Virus record (IMG/VR): IMGVR_UViG_3300042305_001773
Span: 62,001-126,000 of that record
Direction: 5' to 3' (one strand)
Length of the DNA: 64,000 nt
Shown here: piece after piece, positions 57,476 through 64,000 of the stretch
How positions within the stretch are numbered: position 1 is the stretch's first letter
Layout: every line of letters starts with the position of its first letter
Program-made: the position numbers and the translations under genes
The notes under the pieces: model-generated
The model's input: the letters and a program-made list of their open reading frames with translations, nothing else
The model's database searches: none
What the model was told of the DNA's origin: nothing

Positions 57476-58598
57476 CGTTGGGTTCTCCCGTCATGTATTT
57501 TGAAAACTGTACATCAAGCTCTTTGTTTGCGTCGTCGGCTGCGAGTAGTGCCGCGGCCAACTTGTATGCGTCTGTCCCGTCACCCAGCAAGTCGCCGAGC
57601 GCGGACAGCAAATCGTTCTTGGCGCCGTCTCTGGTGCCCGTGCGTTTATCGGCGTCGTACTTGTTGGTCAACGCCTCACAGAACACATGCGCTGCGTCGC
57701 CAACTGCCGTGACCAGCCGGATATAAGCGTCAGGCAGCCGCTTGTCGAACTTCATGCGCACAATTGGCTTCATAATCTCTGGCGGATACCCAGCCTGAGT
57801 CGCCTCGGAGCGCGCGTCATTGATATCTCTGATCAACCATTCGGCGCACAGGTTATCTAGCAGCGCCTGATCTTCAACGCGATAGTCGAGGAACCGGCGT
57901 GTCTTGAGCGGCACAGGACGGAACTCAAAGTTCCCTTTCTCGTCGCCATAGATAACAAAAAAGAACTTCGCCGCCTCTTCACCGCAGTCCTGCATACAGA
58001 TTGAGCCCGGCGATAGCATCTGAATGGGCTGGCCCTGCGCGTTTGTGGCTGTCACTGTTTTGGTTACGTGAAAGTCGCCGGCCAGTACGGTTCGCACATG
58101 GTGCACGTCAAACAGGTCGCACTCAGTGCGGCCGACGTTGCCCATGAAATCTTTCCAAACCTGATGCACGATCAAGATATCAGTATCTTCCGGCACTTCT
58201 TTGAACGCCGTCTGGATCTCGCCGCGCGGCAGCCAGTCGAGGCCGTAAACGCGCACGCCGTTGATCGGCACAGTCTGCTTATGAATATGCCGCGACCATT
58301 TGTGCACGCTCAGCCACGGCGCGTTGCGGTCGTACTCGTGGTTGCCCTGAATATAGTGCACGTCAAGGTTAGCAGCCTGCATCCGGCTCAAACCGTTACA
58401 CAGCTGCGCGATCGGGCGGGCTGAGTTGCTTTTCTTCTCAAGCACGTCGCCGCCCAGAATTAACTGCAGGCCGTGGTTAATGCAGTAGTCAATAATTTGA
58501 TTGAAGCTGTAATACGCGTCGCCGTAGATGCCGGGACGCGTTGACCACGCACCGTCTTCAAGGTGCAGGTCGGCGGTAAACACAAAAAGGGGTCTCAC
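57417..58598 (-). CDS. sbcD: SbcD/Mre11 nuclease
   Basis: ADLHL, GGDV, GNHE, GDFH metallophosphoesterase motifs; adjacent to sbcC. Confidence 0.92.
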   Translation of the reverse strand: MRPLFVFTADLHLEDGAWSTRPGIYGDAYYSFNQIIDYCINHGLQLILGGDVLEKKSNSARPIAQLCNGLSRMQAANLDVHYIQGNHEYDRNAPWLSVHKWSRHIHKQTVPINGVRVYGLDWLPRGEIQTAFKEVPEDTDILIVHQVWKDFMGNVGRTECDLFDVHHVRTVLAGDFHVTKTVTATNAQGQPIQMLSPGSICMQDCGEEAAKFFFVIYGDEKGNFEFRPVPLKTRRFLDYRVEDQALLDNLCAEWLIRDINDARSEATQAGYPPEIMKPIVRMKFDKRLPDAYIRLVTAVGDAAHVFCEALTNKYDADKRTGTRDGAKNDLLSALGDLLGDGTDAYKLAAALLAADDANKELDVQFSKYMTGEPNDAALETGSEELGTPPLSSV

Positions 58599-58607
58599 GC
58601 ACCGCTC

Positions 58608-59228
58608 CTAGTCTTCGTCGTCCTCGTCTTCATAATCAACGCCATCGTCATCTTCAAAATACTCTTCTTCGTCGTATTGCTTGCTGTTGTTTTTGGCGCC
58701 GTACGGCAATTGCCAGTACGGGTTAACCGGCACATCAGACATGCCCGGACCATAGTCAAACGGCTTGAACAGTTTCATCAGCGTTGCCATGTATGCGCCG
58801 ATGATTTTGGGTAGTTTATTTACGTCAATAGACTGGATGGTGTGTGCCATCTCTTTCCACGACTCGGGCTCACCACTAAACCAACCGTCGTCTTTCTTTT
58901 TGCCTTTGGGCGTCGTGGTAACCACTTTGAAAAACGAAAGTGTGAACAGCTCGGCCAAATCTTCCATCGTTGGCTCGGGCTGACTGAACGCCTTGTGCTT
59001 CAGTCTGTGCTTTTGCTGCAGCGCCAACAACTCGCCGTCAAAATCTGCCTGCAACTGCTGCAAGTCTTTGGCTAGCCGGGCGGCAATCACGATCTCTTTG
59101 ACGCCCAGATGCGTCGGGTTCATCAGATCGAGAACCGACCACAGCAGATGGTAGTCGCGCTTCATCGCCGCGACATACGTCCGAATAAAATGCTGTTCTG
59201 TTTTAGATATGTTATTCGGATTGAACAT
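58608..59228 (-). CDS. Hypothetical protein with acidic tail
   Basis: 206-aa ORF. Confidence 0.7.
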   Translation of the reverse strand: MFNPNNISKTEQHFIRTYVAAMKRDYHLLWSVLDLMNPTHLGVKEIVIAARLAKDLQQLQADFDGELLALQQKHRLKHKAFSQPEPTMEDLAELFTLSFFKVVTTTPKGKKKDDGWFSGEPESWKEMAHTIQSIDVNKLPKIIGAYMATLMKLFKPFDYGPGMSDVPVNPYWQLPYGAKNNSKQYDEEEYFEDDDGVDYEDEDDED

Positions 59229-59259
59229 GCGGCAGCCTTGATTACACGCACGTAATTAA

Positions 59260-59502
59260 TTAGTCGCTTTCGGGCGGCGGCTCGTCTGTCACTCTCGCAA
59301 TAATACCATCTCGCTCAAGATCCTGCAGCAGCGGTTCAATTCGTCGTATGTATCCGCACAACATACTCATCCAGTTCACTAGCTCTTCCGGTGTACGCTG
59401 TAAAAACTTTTCTTTAAGCTCTTCTTCGGTGAGGTATTCGACCTCGATGTTCTCAAATTTATCGCCGCGCTTAGCGCGCAAATAAGCGCCGGTCATTCGC
59501 AA
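59260..59502 (-). CDS. Hypothetical protein
   Basis: Coupled ORF. Confidence 0.65.
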   Translation of the reverse strand: MRMTGAYLRAKRGDKFENIEVEYLTEEELKEKFLQRTPEELVNWMSMLCGYIRRIEPLLQDLERDGIIARVTDEPPPESD

Positions 59503-59726
59503 GCCTCCGTAGAAACACAGCCATCAAGGTGAAACACCGCCTTAAAAGTATCAAAAGCTTTTTCAACACGCATCCGCGTCATTACAGAAACGCCAATTAG
59601 CGCGTTTGCAATTTCATCAATATCGACATCTTCTTTTTCCAGTATGCGCTCTACCAGCAGGTCGAGATCGTCTGCTGTGTTGTAAATGTTTGTGATATCC
59701 GTCTCTAGTTGAAAACGATCAGCCAT
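59493..59726 (-). CDS. Hypothetical protein
   Basis: AGGAG RBS. Confidence 0.7.
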   Translation of the reverse strand: MADRFQLETDITNIYNTADDLDLLVERILEKEDVDIDEIANALIGVSVMTRMRVEKAFDTFKAVFHLDGCVSTEACE

Positions 59727-59778
59727 TTTTAGCTCCTAGTAAAAAAAACAATAAGTAGCTCAGCCGTCAGCCTCCGAT

Positions 59779-59854
59779 TAGCCGGGGTGAGATTTGAACT
59801 CACGGTCTCTAGCTTATGAGGCTAGCGAGGACGACCTAACTCCTCTACCCGGCG
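59779..59854 (-). tRNA. trnM: tRNA-Met(CAU), initiator-like
   Basis: CGCCGGG/CCCGGCT acceptor with C1:U72 mismatch, A11:U24, CTAGC-CTCATAA-GCTAG anticodon arm, GTGAG-TTCAAAT-CTCAC T arm. Confidence 0.92.
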
Positions 59855-59865
59855 ATAAATGTGTT

Positions 59866-61440
59866 TTAAACGTCGCCGCCAACAACGCCGCCAAACTGCG
59901 TAATAATAGCGTGTGCGTCATCAACCGAAATATCAAAAAACTCGTTGTCTTGCCGTTTATCGGCATACTCTCTGTGTAAACGTGTTTCGAGCGCTACGCA
60001 GTCGCCCGTAACGATATACCCAACTAGTTTTAATCCACCCGGCACAAAAGTCTGACTTTCGCGTTGTCGCGCTTCTACAGCGCGCCGTGTGCGCCCAATT
60101 TTAATGTAACCGCGCGTCGGCTCCTGCAAAAAGTAGACGTGCTCGTCCGTTTTTACGGGCGCTGATTCGTTCAGCGTCTCCTCGCCTAAAAACCCGGTCG
60201 GCACACGCGACAGATGTTTCGGTACAACAACGGCGCCCGCGCGCAGAATAAGCTTTGGCTCTTTTCTGCCGACGCCGGTCCAGTACAGCGCCATGTGCGG
60301 ATTTCTCCAATGCGGCGAGACAAGGCTTTGCGCGTTTAACTTCTTGCCAATAGAAAATCCGCGCCCCTGAATGTTTGCCGCTTTATCCTCCAGCCACTTC
60401 TTTGCCGCCTCGTCAGTTTCACGGTCGTAACGTTCCTGATGCTTTGCCAGCACAATCGGCGTGATCAGGTCGCTACCGCAGTGCAACATCGAGGCGAACG
60501 ACGCGAGTTTGAAAACAAACTGATTGACCTCTAGTGATTGGTACCCCATGTACAGCGGCAGCCGCTGCCCGCGGCAATCGTCTGCTGCGTGCTGATGTTT
60601 AATCGTCTCTTCAATTGTTTTCAAACGAACGACTGAGTTCTGTGACACAGGAAACATGTTCGGACCGCGCGTAAACTGATACGAATCGCCCACAGCAAGC
60701 TGCAAATCATCGGGCGCCTGCATCGCCTGATATCTAGTGGCTTCTAGCTGAAACGCCACAATGCTTTCGTGATCGTTGCCGGCAGCAAAGCTCGGTTCGT
60801 ATGGGCGGTCGTTTGATTCAGGAATGTCTTCGTACACACCGCCGAGCAAATAAACCTCGTGGTGATGATGCTCGCCCGGAAGCGGCTTGGTGTACTCGAC
60901 AAGCGCGCTGCCAATTACGCCAGCAAAAACGTCGACGTTTTTGTTAGTAAAATATTGCGTGTTCTCCGGCACAACGTGCGGCTGCCCCACCGTAATCAGA
61001 ACAGATTTGATTCCATACGGTTCGTGCCCCTCGGCAAATCGGAACAGCATTGTGCGCTGCGGGAAGTTCAAAAACGCCGCAGACACGTCGAGCTTTGTAT
61101 TACGAATCAGCTGCTCGACAATCGGGTAAACGTTATAGAACGGACGCTCCGTGTTGTACCACTCGTACTCGGATAGAACGCTGATGTGCGTCCGAACAAT
61201 ATCGCCAACAACTTTGTCTGTCCACTCGCCGGGAACGACGTTGCGGTCAAAAGGTTGCGTCGCCATCTGCTGTAAAAATTCTACATTCGACTGCTTCTTA
61301 AGCGCCTGCAACGCGCGGTCAACCGCGTTTAAATAAGCGTCACGCGATAAGCCAATTATTTCAGACTCGCCAGCTGCTAGTTGATGTTCAAAGTCAGTTA
61401 TTGATCGTTGTTTTGCATTTACAAAATCGTGAAAACGCAT
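59866..61440 (-). CDS. Protein with C-terminal GIY-YIG-like (T5orf172/MUG113) domain
   Basis: HVYFLQEPTRGYIKIGRT..R..E..LETRLHREY..RQDNEFF, preceded by a PHWRNPH-motif domain. Confidence 0.8.
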   Translation of the reverse strand: MRFHDFVNAKQRSITDFEHQLAAGESEIIGLSRDAYLNAVDRALQALKKQSNVEFLQQMATQPFDRNVVPGEWTDKVVGDIVRTHISVLSEYEWYNTERPFYNVYPIVEQLIRNTKLDVSAAFLNFPQRTMLFRFAEGHEPYGIKSVLITVGQPHVVPENTQYFTNKNVDVFAGVIGSALVEYTKPLPGEHHHHEVYLLGGVYEDIPESNDRPYEPSFAAGNDHESIVAFQLEATRYQAMQAPDDLQLAVGDSYQFTRGPNMFPVSQNSVVRLKTIEETIKHQHAADDCRGQRLPLYMGYQSLEVNQFVFKLASFASMLHCGSDLITPIVLAKHQERYDRETDEAAKKWLEDKAANIQGRGFSIGKKLNAQSLVSPHWRNPHMALYWTGVGRKEPKLILRAGAVVVPKHLSRVPTGFLGEETLNESAPVKTDEHVYFLQEPTRGYIKIGRTRRAVEARQRESQTFVPGGLKLVGYIVTGDCVALETRLHREYADKRQDNEFFDISVDDAHAIITQFGGVVGGDV

Positions 61441-61476
61441 ACGTGCGTCCTTTGTGTTTGACTTACCAAACTACAG

Positions 61477-61547
61477 ATGCCCGACTAGGATTCGAACCTA
61501 GACAAAGGGAACCAAAATCCCTTGTGCTACCGTTACACCATCGGGCA
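61477..61547 (-). tRNA. trnQ: tRNA-Gln(UUG)
   Basis: TGCCCGA/TCGGGCA acceptor, AGGGA-TTTTGGT-TCCCT anticodon arm, CTAGG-TTCGAAT-CCTAG T arm. Confidence 0.93.
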
Positions 61548-61554
61548 ACCGCGC

Positions 61555-61717
61555 GTTGATTCCATTCATTTACGCTCTTCTGACGCCCACCTCGGATACC
61601 GTCATGTTAAGCGTCGTCAGCTCGTGGTTATAACCCACTCACGGTTTGGGTGCCGGGCCGTCGATGATTGCAACGGCTTTGTGGCGGAAACGGGACGCCG
61701 GCTCGCCCTCCCGTGTA
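61555..61717 (-). ncRNA. Candidate structured RNA upstream of tRNA-Gln
   Basis: No ORF; several stems (ACGGGA/TCCCGT, GCCGTTG/CGACGGC, ACCCA/TGGGT, CTGACG/CGTCAG). Confidence 0.3.
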
Positions 61718-61718
61718 T

Positions 61719-61997
61719 TTATTCTTCTCCTGCCGCTACGTCGTTGAAGCTGACAAACTCGCCGCCATCGTCGTCAAACAGTACGCCCGGATCTCCGCCG
61801 TCTCCTGCCGCTTCCGCTGCGCGCTGAGCGTACTTTTTCAACAGTTTGTAGATTGCTGACCCGTGTTGATCGCCAAACTTGATGCACAGCAACGCCTCCA
61901 CGGTCAGATACTCTTCATAGCCTTCTTCGACGTTGTCCTCTTCGTACGGGTTCTCGTCGTCGATAAACCCGCCGAAGTCAAAATTTTCGTTGTACAT
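61719..61997 (-). CDS. Hypothetical acidic protein
   Basis: 92-aa ORF. Confidence 0.7.
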   Translation of the reverse strand: MYNENFDFGGFIDDENPYEEDNVEEGYEEYLTVEALLCIKFGDQHGSAIYKLLKKYAQRAAEAAGDGGDPGVLFDDDGGEFVSFNDVAAGEE

Positions 61998-62006
61998 GGT
62001 GTTGCC

Positions 62007-63167
62007 TTAATAAATAACGGTCAATGAAACGGCGCAATCGGTGAGCGGGAACAAATACACACCGCGCGCAGAGAATTGCCTTGGGCGCTCCAACCGCATA
62101 ACAACGCGACCAGAGTGCAAAAGTGTCGCTACAACATAGGGCCCGGTTGACGAAACCGAAGCGTCGAGCGAGATAACATAATCTGTACCGGGAACAGGCA
62201 CCTGCACAGACGCTCCGTGCGGGCCGGAGGCGCCAGTGATTCCCAGCCTAGCGGCTTCTTTGCCGCCGTCAATAACGCGCTCAAGTGACGCCACATCTTC
62301 GCGCGGCACAAATGCCCAGTGTACGGGCTTTGTAAACTCTCCAAGATACCCAGCACGCTCAATCTGTTTGCGCTGCTCTTCGCTGATGATTGCCGCAATC
62401 TCAAGATGCCGCGCGGCGATGTTTACGTACGCCAACAGCGCCGGCGAAATAGACGCGTAGTCTTCAGCCGTGTTGGTGCCGGTTATTACCGGCGACGAGC
62501 GCGGCCGAACAGGAAAGAACTCGCCAGTCTCCAAAAAGACAAAATGTGTGTTGGTGCCGTTGTCGAACGAGATGCCACGATACGCCGGGCCTAGCTCGCC
62601 ACTGGGCAGCTTGTCACGAAAGTTGACAAGGCTAGCCGACAACGCAGATGCCATTGTGTCGGTGAACTGGGCCGGAGCGAACACCCGAGACAGCATGCGC
62701 TCGTTGTAAATCTCAGGCGCAACCGGGTGCACAATTAGCGGATTTTTTGGAGACTCCGCGACCTCTGCGATTACGGCATCAAAGATATCTTGAGCCGGCA
62801 CGTCCGCATCAGCTAGCCCGTTCTCGATCAGATCGGCGAACAGAACGAGCGCCGCGCTAACAATTGCCGGCGCCGTTTGATCCGTGGCGCCGTATTGTTT
62901 TGCGACTGTGATACCGCGCGAAAGCGCCGCCTGCGTAATTGAAAAAGGTACTGCGCCCCAGTTGATGTTGCCCGAAACTTGAGCAAGCTGCCAAAGCGCT
63001 TTAAAGAACGCCGGATCTTTCTTCGGCGTGCAGGACTGGCGAAACAATTCGAGCGTGCAGGCCAGTAGCCGCAACTGCCCAAGGTCGTCAGTTGTGCGAA
63101 ATTTACTTAGAAACTCCCGAACATGAACTGATGGTTTTGGTGATTTGTCCACTGAATACTCCGTCAC
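62007..63167 (-). CDS. Hypothetical protein (386 aa)
   Basis: Long ORF. Confidence 0.75.
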   Translation of the reverse strand: MTEYSVDKSPKPSVHVREFLSKFRTTDDLGQLRLLACTLELFRQSCTPKKDPAFFKALWQLAQVSGNINWGAVPFSITQAALSRGITVAKQYGATDQTAPAIVSAALVLFADLIENGLADADVPAQDIFDAVIAEVAESPKNPLIVHPVAPEIYNERMLSRVFAPAQFTDTMASALSASLVNFRDKLPSGELGPAYRGISFDNGTNTHFVFLETGEFFPVRPRSSPVITGTNTAEDYASISPALLAYVNIAARHLEIAAIISEEQRKQIERAGYLGEFTKPVHWAFVPREDVASLERVIDGGKEAARLGITGASGPHGASVQVPVPGTDYVISLDASVSSTGPYVVATLLHSGRVVMRLERPRQFSARGVYLFPLTDCAVSLTVIY

Positions 63168-63918
63168 AAGCGTTTAAAAGTGTCATCACGTTCGCTTTAA
63201 AAGTGCCTAAAATGTTGTGCGCTGTGCCGTTATGGCTATCCACATATGACGCAAAAGAAGGTTGAACGTGACTGTCGATAAGGACAGCGTGAAAATTCGG
63301 GGCGCGCTCGCTGTCGGAAAGCGCGCACCGAGCCTGAAGAAACAACTGCAGGCCGCGCATAGCGTCGCCGATAAACAACACTACGCCACATTGTGTCTGA
63401 CATAGCTGACGTACCTGCTCCGCAAACACGAGAAAGTCTACGTACGTCGCAGCACCAAACGCGGCGCCGATCTCTGCTCCCGGACCATCAGGATAGATGT
63501 GCCCAGCCATCTCGCCCAACTCGACGTGCACGGTGGCGGGAACACCCAGCGTGTAAGCAGAGTGCAGCAAGCTGCGCTCCGTTGTCGCCCGCGGAGAATA
63601 CGCCCAGCGCCCGACAGCCTCGCCGTAACCAAGACCCTGATTGGCGGCTAGCCGCGCAACGTAGTTCAAGTCGTGCGTCATGCCGCGCTCTGCCAAGCGT
63701 ACATCGGCCACCAGCCCAGCGCCGGTGGTGGCAACAGCCGTGACATACTTCTTGCGCAGCAGCTCAACTGCGGCGATACCCGCGCCAGAATGAATCGCCG
63801 GCGCCGAAATAAATAACATTACCGGCTGGTCTTCAACGCGAGCTGTGTGAATCAGGCTTGCGGCGTTGACGTGAACTTCTTTGATTAAACACAGCGCATC
63901 GGCAATCTCTGGTGGCAT
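63103..63918 (-). CDS. Deoxyhypusine-synthase-like (DHS-like NAD-binding fold) protein, degenerate
   Basis: PVMLFISAPAI, AVATTGAG, GLGYGEAVG, SLLHSAYTLGVPATVHV, TYVDFLVF, GVVLFIG match the uncharacterised bacterial DHS-like family. Confidence 0.7.
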   Translation of the reverse strand: MPPEIADALCLIKEVHVNAASLIHTARVEDQPVMLFISAPAIHSGAGIAAVELLRKKYVTAVATTGAGLVADVRLAERGMTHDLNYVARLAANQGLGYGEAVGRWAYSPRATTERSLLHSAYTLGVPATVHVELGEMAGHIYPDGPGAEIGAAFGAATYVDFLVFAEQVRQLCQTQCGVVLFIGDAMRGLQLFLQARCALSDSERAPNFHAVLIDSHVQPSFASYVDSHNGTAHNILGTFKANVMTLLNACDGVFSGQITKTISSCSGVSK

Positions 63919-64000
63919 GGCGTCACACGGCGGTGTCGCCGCTCGAAGGGTGTCGAAAACAGGGAACGCGCTGTTTAAGCGTTGAGGTAATACAAGCGCG

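Noticed and set aside
39619-59262. TAATTAA word at two gene ends (~39625, ~59260) as a regulatory motif
   Set aside because: Includes the TAA stop codon, has only two copies and shows no consistent spacing to starts.
59755-59763. GTAGCTCAG tRNA D-arm-like word on the plus strand
   Set aside because: No accompanying cloverleaf or T arm.
1-64000. CRISPR array or TIGR-like/short-period guide array to partner the RAMP and IS110-like genes
   Set aside because: No repeat-spacer periodicity seen by eye in any non-coding gap; the only tandem periodicity is 9-nt collagen coding. An array could lie outside the window.
1-64000. Alternative genetic code (stop reassignment)
   Set aside because: Very long ORFs are intact under the standard code, and TAA, TAG and TGA all end tightly coupled genes.

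Overview
This window looks like part of a large dsDNA tailed-phage genome. Every credible gene and all three tRNAs (Lys-UUU, Met-CAU, Gln-UUG) lie on the minus strand, many translationally coupled. Terminase, major capsid and integrase genes were not recognised here. About 3.8-24.4 kb is a virion fibre/decoration region: two collagen-like proteins, a 2981-aa multi-LamG adhesin, and two fibre-like proteins ending in arylsulfotransferase-like propellers. About 24.4-42.8 kb holds a probable portal, glycosyltransferases, thymidylate kinase, RuvC and many hypotheticals. About 42.8-58.6 kb is a replication/recombination module: RecA-like, SSB-like, UDG-fused PolA, primase, DnaB-like helicase, SF2 helicase and SbcCD. 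The top candidate for a new system sits inside that module. A minimal stand-alone Cas7-like RAMP gene (53898-54395) lies next to an apparently inactivated IS110/Nop(Tas)-like gene (54397-55338); the pair is tightly coupled between SbcC and the SF2 helicase, with no CRISPR or TIGR array in the window. Other highlights are fibre sulfotransferase domains with intact catalytic motifs, a nested 4-kb module insertion in the giant adhesin, several apparent pseudoenzymes, and an atypical initiator-like tRNA. All family calls come from motif recognition by eye; no searches were run.
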